DNA of 63,455 nucleotides, the filler included, from Bipalium vagum (Eukaryota), in assembly GCA_037834085.1 (NCBI GenBank). It is 3 parts of 3 records of this genome, joined end to end, with 100 filler letters (N's around TTAATTAATTAA, not from the genome) between each part and the next. Parts side by side here need not be neighbours in the genome. Positions count along the whole stretch, not along the records: positions 1 to 30,304 come from JBBMKC010000009.1; positions 30,405 to 47,085 come from JBBMKC010098492.1; 1 more part is not named here. One strand, 5' to 3'. Made by a program: the position numbers and the translations under genes. This document shows positions 21,976 through 33,642 of the stretch, piece by piece (the first letter of the stretch is position 1; each line of letters opens with the position of its first letter). The notes beneath the pieces were generated by a model. It was not told the origin of the DNA. It was given only the letters and a program-made list of their open reading frames with translations, and did no database searches.

Positions 21976-23775
21976 AAGTTTAGCCACAATACTGATTATG
22001 AAGTAATACTAACATGAGTATTAAGTAAAAGAAAAAAAAATAAAACGTATTATAAAGATTAATTTAATGTAAGAAAAAAAGATTTTAAAAACAAGATAGC
22101 AAACATTTTCTAATTTTTTTTTATAGATAGAACGGACTTTATCCAATTTGATAAATATGAATTTATTTCTAATGGGAAAGATCACTAGCGATAAATATAA
22201 AAAATTGATTGTGAAACCTTTTAATAAGTCAATTCATTATGTATGTGGTATATGGTTATCACCATTAAATATTTCCAGACACTGAGGTTCTTTGCCATCA
22301 TTTCTAATAATAATGTTTGTTTTATTAAGCTGTTCAAAAAATTACTTCGTGTTTTTAGTAAAAATAAAGATAAAATTGTTACATGAAAACATTTGTAATC
22401 AATTTTTGATATGGATACCAGTTTGGGTATCCTTTAAGGTAGTTCATCTCTTCTTCTCCATTATTGCTGTCGACTGCAGTTACTATACCTCGTATTTGTT
22501 TCATCTTTCTTATTGTTTTTTCAAAAATGAGTTGTTTTTCTAACTTTTCAATAAAAAAACGAAAATTTCAATGTTGTAAATAATATTCATTCCTGTGAGA
22601 ATGTGTGGAATGAAAATATTGAGCTTTGAACTGAGAAATACCCGAGGTATTTCAAATGAGTGTGGATGGTTTAATTAGATAAATTTAAAATCTTCAATTT
22701 TCAGAAGGACAAGAATGTTACGCAAGCTGCAAGAAAAATTAAAAAGGTCATGAAGGTGATGCGGTTTTGATGATAGTAGCACAATATTGTCAATAATCTT
22801 TGAATTAGTTTATGGCCCTGGCTAAGGTAAGATCGTCAAAAGTTAGCCAAACAGGGTTTGGCACGAAACACAAAAATCGTTTGTTGGGATTAGAAATAAA
22901 TTATTTATTATAATTTTCTGTCTTTTAAATTTAAATTTTGAAATGCTTTCACAACATTTCTACACGACATTTATCTGACTAATATAGAATTATGAAAATA
23001 CTTTTAAATATGTATTTTATATACAAAGTCTATACTATAAATGATTGATATTTTGGAGAGTAAAATGAATCTTGATTGGTTGCTTTCTCGTCATTTTTTC
23101 GTTAAGGTTACTTCGTTAAGGTTACTTACCTCGTCATTTTTTCGTCATTTCTCGTCATTTTTTCGTTAAGGTTACTTACCTATTTAATTGTATAAGAAAA
23201 TGATGAAATATATCTGTCAACTGTTTTCAGGCATATATCAATATTATAGCATTCCTTAAGTTCCATTGTTTTTGTCCATCCAAGATCGTATTGGGTGGAA
23301 ATGGTTTTCTTCCAATTGTCTTATTCGGACTGAACCTTCATATATATTTTCTTTTCCGTATTCCTTAATTATGATATATATTGTGTAATATTTCACATTG
23401 AACAGAGAGACTATTTGCTTCTTCGAATTTCCTTTCAAATATGATATTACTATCAGTTTCCGTGTTTCATTTGTAACCGTCATCTGTCAGGTTTCTACAC
23501 AAATTTAGGTAATAGAAAATAATAGTAATACTTATACGTAATTTAGAAGTATACAAATACAAATTTAAAGACAAATTTTAAAAATGTAAAAGGTAATATA
23601 AAGGCATAAAGCAACAAATTAGAAATTGAAAGATAAAATTTAAAAATGACGTGACGAACAGTATAAGAATAAAAAAATAAAAGCTTTTTTATTAAAAAAT
23701 TAGTGTACCTTAACATACTTTAGCTGAGATCTAACATTAAAATAGCCGAATTTTTGTTTTACAAAAAGGATCGCA

Positions 23776-23824
<49 letters not shown>

Positions 23825-26608
23825 TGATTTTATGTGGATAACATCGAAAATTTATACTCATAACGGTTGCCTTCTCTTTAGTATATAATAAATACCAATG
23901 AGTATATAGTTAATGAGATACGTGGGAGAATTTAATGTAGCAGGTTTTGAATTAATGGAAATCTAATAAAAGCCACTTAATCTTAAGGCCATGGAGTGGA
24001 TCCACAATCAGACAATGGGATTTTTACTCAAATTTCAATTTGAATTCCCTTGGTTGGACCTGAAAATCATTAACCAACAACAAGTATAACAATGGCTGAG
24101 AGTAATACACCCACTCTTTTTTATTTATTGCCCATAAATTTAAGATTGTAGTCATAATAACGTTTCTATGATTATAGGAAAAAGAATGATTTAGTTTCTC
24201 AAAATCGCAATGACAATAATAATATTGGAAACATTATGAAAAATAAATAAATAATATAAAGGAAAATTGTTGTACAGTGCATAAAATTATGATCATTGTT
24301 GTTTACGGTATACTTAACGCAAACTGAAATCATAGAGGTGGAGTAAATGGTATCTGGATCATGTTCCTTTTCACACACAAAAACGCAATATATAGTTCCT
24401 CTATAATCAAAAGAGGATGGGAGAGTGGGAAAATAGTCGACCATCTGTAAAGGTGGAACTGACACAATTCCACTATTTCAGACATGCTATGGTTTTTACT
24501 TGAATTTCATAAGAATAATTCTTTTCTACCAGTTATTATGGACTGGCAAAAGATCTCGCTTTTTAATTAACTTTAAAACGAATACAAGTGAAACTATAAT
24601 AAATTTTGCTGAGCAATATAATAGCCATTTGTATTTTTAAGCTTTTCCGTTTTTGGAAACAGAAATAAGCTGAAATTTTTTTTGAAAAGAAATAGATAAA
24701 TAAACAAATTGTGATGATCATATCATCTGATTTAGAGTTAAACACTCATATGCTATAAAACACTTAGCGTACAACTTTTGTGAAAAAAATCAAGATTAAA
24801 GCAAAAATTTGAAAATGTAAACCAAATTTCATAAAAAGGGATAGCGTTTAATTCCGACACGATAGATATTTTAATCTTCATTCCAAAAGCCAAGATTTCC
24901 TTAAACCTGGAATATATGCACTGACAACGTGCCGACAGATGTGTGTTGATACTGTGGGAGCTTATTTTGATAAATAAAAGATTGTATAAAGCCTTTTCTC
25001 ACTTATTTTTGACAGCTAAAAATATATGCATGAACCTAGTGATATTTTATTTTATTATGTTGGGACATTTTTACAATTTATTGCAAAACGAGTTTGACTA
25101 CATGAAATCTTTTAGTCCAGAAGAGGACATAATTAAGTTTCTTTTTAAAATCTTTTAGGAACATTTCTCTAGGTTTTTGTGATGATTATTCAATTATTCT
25201 TAATCGTTTAATTCCATAATATTAAAATAAAATCATTATAAAAATAAAATAATTCAATGGTAATTGTTCAGTTAATCGACGTAAAATTGACATAAGTTTT
25301 CTGAACGGTGTAAAATAAACAACACTAAAATATTTGAATAAATGCTGCGTTTAATGTAAGAATATACAGTTCAATGAATGTACTAATGAGAAAAACTACA
25401 AATAAAGGAAGGAACTTCGAATGCAACATGCACTCGTAAAGGTGTGACATGAAAAAATGCTTCGGAAGATGTTTGATACTTTAAAATATTCTATATGGTC
25501 TAACTGAATGATTATCAATTTTACACGAAGTAAAATTGTTTTCTATTATTTCATTTTTGTTTAAATATGAATTTTTCAGAAGTTTTTTTTTGAAAGCTTC
25601 AAATACTTCAAATACATTAAACTGACGATCATTTAATGAAAATTGAAATAAGCTTAATAAATGAACTTAAAATTATGATTTGAATAAAATATTAGATTCA
25701 CTTTCACTTGAAACCTGCCGCAAGCGTTCCAGATCTGACTTTGTGGCCACAATTAATATCGCTGACGTTAGGAAGGACTCTGAAAGATCTTGAAGAATTT
25801 GGGTGCACCAATCGAAACTGTATTTGTCTTCTATTGAGTAGACCATAATATAAGCATCAGGAGATCTCTATTCAGAGAGATAATACAAGAGATAAATAGA
25901 GAGATAAACAAAATTCTAGTGAAACAAGCAATGAAATATGAATACATGACTTTTCAATTTTCTAACTTAGTTGCCCTATCTTTCAATCTCTGATTTTAAC
26001 AATTCTATGAAGTCGCAATTCATCTTTCCCAGAATCCCTAAGGGATAGTTTTACAATTATAATTACAAAATTGAAAAACTCAACAGGGATTTTTTAATTT
26101 AAAGATTAAATTTCTTGAAAAATGATCAAATTTATTTGCTTTGTTTCTGTTTAGAAAATTGAAAGTTTGTGATAAAAATTTCACAAAAATGAGTTAAAGT
26201 CACTTTTTAACAATACAAAACTGACAAATACCTCGAAGGCTTCAAGGGTTGTTGGAACATCAAAGTCGTGCAGTAAAAGATTCCATTCTTTGCCATCTAA
26301 ATCCACAGTTACTTGTCGAACAATATTACTTGACGGACCTATTTTATCTATTAATATCCATAATTTATTCTTGATTTTTGACGAACAAATACTTTATGTT
26401 AATGATAGCAGTAATTAAAATGTAAAGAACAATAACAATAATTGTAAAAATAAAAAAAATGATTATTTTTTTTATCGAAGTAACCCTATAAATATTTTAC
26501 GTTGTTTTTCAGAAATATCGAAAGTCATCAATTTAAAAAAGACAGTATCATTAGAAAATTTAAATTTTAGCAATTAATACTTGTCCCATGAAGAGGACTA
26601 TTACCTTG
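21648..26608 (-). CDS. Divergent RGK (Rad/Gem/Rem)-like small GTPase, 3' four exons; 5' exon(s) with P-loop not located
   Basis: Phase-compatible GT-AG exons on the - strand: 26608-26581 (QGNSPLHGT), 26338-26232 (PSSNIVRQVTVDLDGKEWNLLLHDFDVPTTLEAFE), 25867-25702 (RSPDAYIMVYSIEDKYSFDWCTQILQDLSESFLTSAILIVATKSDLERLRQVSSE), 21877-21648 (KGKRLASIYDAEFFEVSTVLNHMVDNLLVQIITKIRRHKKK...NLFMNFFRRLSRAF*). The Ras-fold strands and G4/G5 boxes are clear; the F-x-EVS-x-x-L-NH-x-VD-x-LLV pattern and basic tail resemble invertebrate RGK proteins. Absent from the ORF track. Confidence 0.85.
21912..21974. repeat. (AAT)n microsatellite in the last intron of the RGK-like gene
   Basis: Perfect trinucleotide run. 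Confidence 0.95.
23256..23483 (-). mobile_element. Tc1/IS630-like transposase N-terminal HTH remnant
   Basis: MTVTNETRKLIVISYLKGNSKKQIVSLFNVKYYTIYIIIKEY resembles the paired-like HTH of Tc1 transposases. Confidence 0.55.
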
Positions 26609-26829
26609 CTAATAAATTATTTAGAAAAAAAAAAATAAATTAATATCATAAAATAAAAATTGAAAAATTTTAAAGTTTTTTTATTTTACCTTTAAAATTA
26701 TTATAATTAGTCCGTTAAAACAAAACAGGTCTATACCGAATTTCATTCTTGAAATTTTCAAAGTAATAAAATCGTTAAGTTTTTTAAAAAATTCTATTCA
26801 CAATTTTTTTCACAAAAAATAGTTATAAA

Positions 26830-28265
26830 ATAAAGAATTGCCGGGGGATCATTGTACAATGGAATGTTTCAAAGTTTTTTGCTTTCTTGACAAAATTTGT
26901 TTTGGTAATCTCACGAAACACATAACTTAACTTATTGATGATTATTAACCATGTACGACTTCTTCTGACTGGTATCATGATATTTTTCGATAACATTATT
27001 TTAGCAAATTCATTTTCATCACCTGTTCATCAATTATTTAAAATGATCTATTTTTGTTGAGTTTGATAAGGAAATCGCAGAATTCAAAGCATTGTCTAAC
27101 GTGATTTTCCTAAACCTGATTTATTCTAAGCAATCCTTAATTGGAATGTTCTATGTACCTAATATGCTTGACTGTTGATAGTTGCATGTGATATATTGAG
27201 CTTTCTTGCAATGTAACGTGTTGTTTTGTGAAGATCATCATTGATTAAGTCTTTGATTTCTTCGTCGTTGACATCTAGTTGACGACCAGATCATTGTTTA
27301 CCTCTGAGTAAAAAATCACCCCTTCCAAATTTCTCAAATCAATTCCGAAAATGGCATTCTTTTAATGGATCCATTTCTTTAAAAGCTCGTGATGTATTTT
27401 TTTTCTTCATAATAAAATAAATGTAGATTTTGCCTCAAATGCATGTTCTGATAAGAAAAAAAGGAATAGAAACAAAGCAATCTATGAAATTAACTCACTG
27501 GTTGAAATTTGAATGTTGCGAAAATAACCACTTAAATCGATATCATCAAGCATGAGTACTTGAGTAATCAATTTTTTTAAATGGTCCCGATTTATAATGG
27601 TTCTCATAGAAGATGATATTTTTTGAAGAGTACAATGTAAACTGTTTATTTGTTGGCAGTAATGTTGAGAGTCAATAGTTTCGTCATTTTTCAAGAGGTT
27701 TCAATAAATGACTCCTAAGCAATCTCATCCATACTATAGAACCTTTTTTAAGAAAAGAACTGGTTTTGAGGTCGCAAGTGAATGTTGTCCATTCGATAAC
27801 CATTGTTTGCGATGATCAAGATGAGTGTATTCAACCCAATTTTAATTGGATACCACATTTATTTTCCAAAACGGATCTCGATCATGTCTTATGAGGTTTG
27901 CATTACACATTGTAACCTGCATGATCTTTATTTGTCCGATAAAGCATAGGGTTATCGTCTTCCGAATCTATATGATTTTCATATTTTATGTAAGTCCATT
28001 ATAATCGTCTTGCATGATAATCCTAAATTGTCGTAAATTCTTCAGTACTTTTTTTTGAGTTCTGATCAATCAATTGCTATAGATTGTCAACGTGGACAAC
28101 GGATGGATTGCCTGTACTCTGAAGATCTTCAAGACTTCTGTTGCCATTTTAAAATTGTCTAAACCACTGTTTGCATTGGCTAACAGAGTCCTTCATGAGA
28201 ATAGATTTTCAGAATCTTTCGTGAAGAATCTTTAGCTTTACTACTTTCGTCAACATATACAACAA
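26830..28265 (-). mobile_element. Two adjacent decayed mariner fragments (about 26830-27450 and 27560-28265)
   Basis: SGRQLDVNDEEIKDLINDDLHKTTRYIARKLNISHATI in the first; KNDETIDSQHYCQQINSL plus HTH-like remnants in the second; many stops and frameshifts. Confidence 0.75.
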
Positions 28266-28268
28266 GCA

Positions 28269-28867
28269 GTGCATGATGTGAGAAATTGCTATGGGAAGGA
28301 AGAAACTGCCTCACACGCCTTATGTAGCTGCATCTACATAATGCCTATGGTACGAAAAAGGCACAATGATGTACTCGATATCTTAGTTGATTTGTTGTCC
28401 ACATTTAAAAAGGAATGGGAAATACACGATGAAAAGAAAGGAATTTTTTCAGGAAAAAACTTAATTCCTGATATACAGCTAGTGAATAAGAGACTTAAAA
28501 GATACCTAATTATAGATGTCAAAGTCCCCTTTGAATCAAAGATTTCTATCAAGGGCAATGACGAAGCAAACCAGCAAAAATATCAGACTTTATTGGACGA
28601 AGCTCAATCCGAGCTCGGAGGGACATGGTACTACGATATCAGAACATTTATAATCGGAGCCGGGGTATCGTGGATCCCATCAAACTACCAAACATTTGGA
28701 GCATTTGGATTTATAATAACAGAAATTAACTCAATTATGGAAAAATGTGCAGCCAGGATGATCATTAATACCCATAATATCTGGAAAAAATTCATAGCCA
28801 GAGCAGAGACAAACATTTAAAAACGTCCCCGTGTCAATGACAACCATATCTTTGATTTGAAAAAAAT
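28269..28867 (+). mobile_element. 5'-truncated R2-superfamily (NeSL/Utopia-like) non-LTR retrotransposon: zinc knuckle plus restriction-like endonuclease
   Basis: ORF 28269-28820: CYGKEETASHALCSC (CCHC remnant), RHNDVL, PDI...IIDVKVPFE (PD-D motif), KYQTL, IIGAGVSW (GALGSW-like); short 3' region ending in an A-run near 28860-28867. Confidence 0.85.
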
Positions 28868-29625
28868 CACTGTTTTTGTTTTTAGTTTTTTGTTTTTTTA
28901 ATATTTTTACCATTAGGGTTTCAGTAAGAAATATCAAATTATTATCTAAATTTAAATGTGATACATATATGGTATTATTCAAAAAAATATAACAAATTTT
29001 AACAAAGAATTTAAAACAGATTTCAAATTATTTTATTAAAGTAAGTTTTTAAAAATTAAGTTTTTCAAAATAAATTGGTTACAATTAAATTTGATCCCTT
29101 ATATATAATAAAATGAAATATTTATATTAATAAATAATAAAAAATAATAATAATAATAAAAAACTATGATATAAACACTAAAATATGAAGACTTGTAATA
29201 CACTATTATAGTTATAAACCTAAATTATTTTTTTAAAATATATTTTATGAAAGCAAGTATGAATTTAAAGGGGTGAGTATTTACGATTTTTTAATTCAGA
29301 AATAATAGAATTTTTCTCAAACTAAAAATAATGCCTAATATTTCCTAATCTTGTAAAATTTTTTACATGACCTATATATTAAGAACTGTACTACAAAATA
29401 TTATTTATATCATGCATGAAAGGAATGATTCCAATAGTGTGAACTTTTGGTCTTATTTATTTTTAATAATTGATTGACTTAAAAAATTAAAAATAATAAT
29501 AATAGTGATAGGTGGAAAAATTGCATATTGAACGTAAAATTTATATTTTTAGCTGATTTAAGTGGACACTTCTGGTGTTATTAATGATATTAAGAACTTG
29601 AGATAAATATTTTGAGTGTTTCAGG

Positions 29626-29661
<36 letters not shown>

Positions 29662-29712
29662 GTAATAATAGTAATAATAATAAAAAATAATAATAATGAT
29701 AAATAATAATAA
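29626..29712. repeat. (AAT)n microsatellite
   Basis: Interrupted trinucleotide run. Confidence 0.9.
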
Positions 29713-30304
29713 ATTATTAAAATAATTATTATATCAAATGTTAATAATATTTTAACAAGAGTTTGAAAATAATTATAAAAAATTATAATTTCTTTGCACC
29801 ACAACTAAAATATTACGAAGACATCTTAAGTTTTTTTCAACAAAAAATTTATATTTAATTCATTTAGAAAATTCAATTACATTTTCTAGTTCTCTTGTAA
29901 AAAAAGTTTTTAAATTGAACCTCTTCAAACTAAAAATAGTACTTATTACAAATGGTAATAATAGTAATTTTTTATTAACTATTTATATAATTGCAGTATT
30001 TATTAAAATAATTTATATGAGCTAAATAATAAAGTAATTTAAATGTTTGTTCCAGAAATAAAAAACCGTTACAATTATTTTAATTCTGAAAATAAAATGA
30101 CCAAAAATAATTTTAATTTATGAATAAAAGTGTAGAGACTCACACCTTCGGACCAATCAATTCAATCAAATCCTTCAAAAACTTCGATCCCAAAGCAATC
30201 CAAATTTTCAAAACAATAACATTATTGATTTTAGTGATTATTTAGTGATACATTTGTTGTATAAAAAACAATATATAATTTGTGTAATTTTATTTATTTG
30301 TGAA

Positions 30305-30404
30305 NNNNNNNNNNNNNNNNNNNNNNNNNNNNNNNNNNNNNNNNNNNNTTAATTAATTAANNNNNNNNNNNNNNNNNNNNNNNNNNNNNNNNNNNNNNNN
30401 NNNN
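30305..30404. other. Assembly gap with artificial six-frame stop linker (44 N + TTAATTAATTAA + 44 N)
   Basis: The same 100-nt construct occurs twice in the window. Confidence 0.95.
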
Positions 30405-32897
30405 CGATATCACACATTGTCATTAATTTGTTTACTTTATTACGCTTAAATAAAAGTATTAAACCTAATATTGTTTTCTCAATTGATTTAATTATTACCG
30501 TACCGAACACAACCTAAAGCAACCTTCAACCGTTAAGACCTAAGAGATAATTAAGCTTCGACCTTAACATCATCGTTTTTATTAGGATCTTAACACATAT
30601 ATAAAAAGCTCGACCAAGCAGAAGAAAAATAGAAAACTACCACGTCAATTTACCAGCTTGTTCTAAAAATTTAGAACAAAGTCAATACGATTACAAAGCC
30701 ACAAGGATACTCCCATCTACAACTGTTGCGTCTACGGCCTACGACTACGAACCGTGATTCATTAGGCAATCATCTCACAGTCTTATCGCAAACCACATTT
30801 TCATTACAGTAAAATATGCCTTTGGTTTTTAAAGAATTATTTCTTTTTTGTATTGAGCTAGCATTTTAGAAAACTATTTTTTTAACCTTAAATAATTTTC
30901 ATAACTTTTCTTACAGTTAAGATTAAGTATCATCTACTAACATAATTTTCTGAATACTTAAATAAAATTTTAGTTGGACTTGTTTTATAATTAATACAAA
31001 GTCTTCATCATCTAAAGAAATATTTAAGTCGATTAAATTTTAATTTATTTTTTTGTATCGTATATCGGACTTGTTTTGTAATCAAAACAAATTCGATTAT
31101 AAGTAAAATAAATAAATACTCAGGCCAGGACATGAGGATCATATAATTTTTTATTTTCCCATCTCTTTCTGTTTTTGTTCTTAACTGACACTCTAGGTAG
31201 GGCGGTGAGTTAAGTTGTTTTTCCTATTGAGGACCTCTGAGCATAAGAGTGAGATGACTTTTTAACCTCAAACTAAAACTAACCCTGAAATAAGAAATTA
31301 TATTAAAATCATTCAAGGACGATCACCTGTATTTGTAAAATCCCTTTTTAATATAAAATATAATTTTGAAACACTTGAGTTCGATTTTAACCTTATTATT
31401 TAAACAATTTTCAACAGTAAAATAAAAAGCAACCTTCACCGTTAAGTCCAAATAACCCTTATTTTAAGCTCCACCTTCTACAAATTAGATTTTAACAATT
31501 TTATCTTCAAAAATGTTATAATCGATTATTGTTTTTTTAATTAACCTTATAATAATAATCTTATAGCTTTTATTGATTGATTCAAAAATCTGTTTTTATT
31601 TTATTCTGTGCTTTTTATTTAAATAAAAATAAAATAAAAGGATTTAATTAAAACTTATTTCCTATATAAAAAATAACCATTTTTACTATTTATAATAATA
31701 AATAGTATTAGTATTAGTATAATTATATATTATCATTTAAATTATTTTTTTGAAAATAATTGGATAAAAATTGAAATTAACAAAACAAATTAATTACAAC
31801 AGAGCAGTTAATTTTTGTAATCATTCGTGACTGCACTAGTTACATTATTTGAGGATCACTGAGATACTGATATTAAAATCGTGCAAGATGATTATCTTTC
31901 TTAAAAATTAACATTTAACATCATTTAGGAATTTTCTTAGAATATTGAAATCAATATTCATTCTGTAATTTGCAACATAATTAATTTTAATATTTATTAT
32001 TAATTTTTAAAAATATTTGTACTTGTATTTAAATTTATAAAACTTTAAATTCTCAGTTTTATTGTTGTTTACTACACCCTTTGAGAAACAAAAGATTCGC
32101 AATTTATCTATTATATGTCAAAAGTTGAGTGTAACGTATGGACAGGAACCAATTGACGTTATCTTATTGATAAATAGAATTATTGTGGATACGATTCAGA
32201 TGAGGGTGTTGACTAACTATTAATCGATTGTAAGGTGTTATGTGATTTATATTGACATTCATTTTAATGATTTGAGTTACGTTGAAAAAATTTTCGTATT
32301 GTTATTTTATTTAATTTCACTACAAGATCATCGTTGAATCTAGCCATTTAGAAAATATCAGATATATGTTACTCAGTTAACATTAAGATATTAACAGAAT
32401 ATTAAAATATATAAAATAAAGATCTCCAAGCCAACAATTAAAACTTTGCACTTTAATTTTCAGACATTTGAGGATTAGCTGACTTAACTGCTCAAATATA
32501 ATAAAAATAATTCTTACTTTCTAGAAACAGAAGATATTCAGATTATCAAAGATATCAAGAAACAACTCAAACATGGATGAAAAGGAGATCCTCATAAAAA
32601 TCTTATCGAACTTCAATTTATTTTGGAATTTTATTGTATTTATTTTACTCGAATACATAATTTTCAAATGTATGATTTTCAGATAATTTAAAAAACTATG
32701 AATGAAGTTTTCTTTTATTTTCAAATAAATAATAAAATAATCATTTAAAATTTCAAACCAATACTAATTTATTGATTTGCTAAAAGCGTGAACCCTAGAT
32801 TTAGAAATATTAGGTCGATGATAATAATAATAAAATTAAGTAAATATTAATTAAAAGACGCACTTTTAAAAAAAACTTGGTTAATTATTATATAATA

Positions 32898-32962
32898 TTA
32901 GATTGGTGCAAAAAAATGTCGTTTTTTGGCTGTAAAACGACATTATTTTTTCACCAACCTAA
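32898..32962. mobile_element. 65-bp palindromic mariner MITE (MADE1-like)
   Basis: TA|TTAGATTGGTGCAAAAAAATGTCGTTTT-8 nt-AAAACGACATTATTTTTTCACCAACCTAA|TA: two mariner TIRs with TA flanks. A related solo TIR lies at 5658-5686. Confidence 0.85.
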
Positions 32963-33029
32963 TATTATCTCGACGTCAACATAATGATAAAAATATAATA
33001 AATTAATAATTATTATAATTAATGAGCTA

Positions 33030-33642
33030 TTTGAGTAAATAGCCTTTCAAATGTAGAAATTAGCGGTCGTCAACCAATCTCTACGACTATATAAGGGGAT
33101 GATTCAGTACAGGAATTCACCCAAAATAAAATTGCGAAAAGAATTATTGCCATCTGTTTTTGTGAAGCTTATTTGTCTTGAAGAAGATTTTTTGCTTTGA
33201 AGAACTCTAAAGAATGTCAAAGATTATTTAATCTATCCAAACCGATTGTTTAATAAATCTGAAGATTTTATTTTCGGATAATTATTTTGTTGATAACGAC
33301 TACTGTGCAATAGGATTTTAAAATGGAGCCCATCGAATTTGGGAATCACTAGGGAACTCAACAGGACCTAGAGGACAAACTGGAAACCCATTATCACTCC
33401 GTGCGAGAAGATTCTTTATTGTTGTCATTTATATTTTGTTTTAATTGTCATTTACTAATATTTTATTTATTTGATTAACATTTGTTTGACGATCTTAAAG
33501 TTTAATCTAAGTAACATTCTCTTTGATTCTTTAGTGATTTAGTGTGATTTTGAATTTGATTTAATTATCTTATTAACATTATAATATTCCATTGACTCAG
33601 ATATTTGAAACAAAATCGTTTTTATAATAATTATATAATAAC
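33030..33642 (+). repeat. Dispersed LTR-like repeat, copy 1
   Basis: Shares AAATAGCCTT.....GTAGAAATT (about 33037) and the two-stem motif 33322-33392 with the 49.5-50.1 kb copy; TATATAA at 33088. Boundaries approximate. Confidence 0.55.

Noticed and set aside
30144-30210. - strand segment LIELIGPK before a GTGAGT donor as the first exon of the RGK-like gene
   Set aside because: No GK(S/T) follows in any compatible exon, and the frame matching the strong donor contains a stop. At best a UTR exon.
30349-30360. Palindromic TTAATTAATTAA islands inside N runs (also 47130-47141)
   Set aside because: Identical 44N-12-44N construct with stops in all six frames: an assembly linker, not biology.
31180-31260. 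- strand CTCAGAGGTCCTCAATAGGAAAAAC resembling a Schistosoma-type hammerhead, or alternatively the missing GTPase P-loop (IGKTT)
   Set aside because: Both conserved hammerhead boxes are broken and no stem III/cleavage triplet fits. IGKTT is followed at once by a stop and has no usable splice sites.
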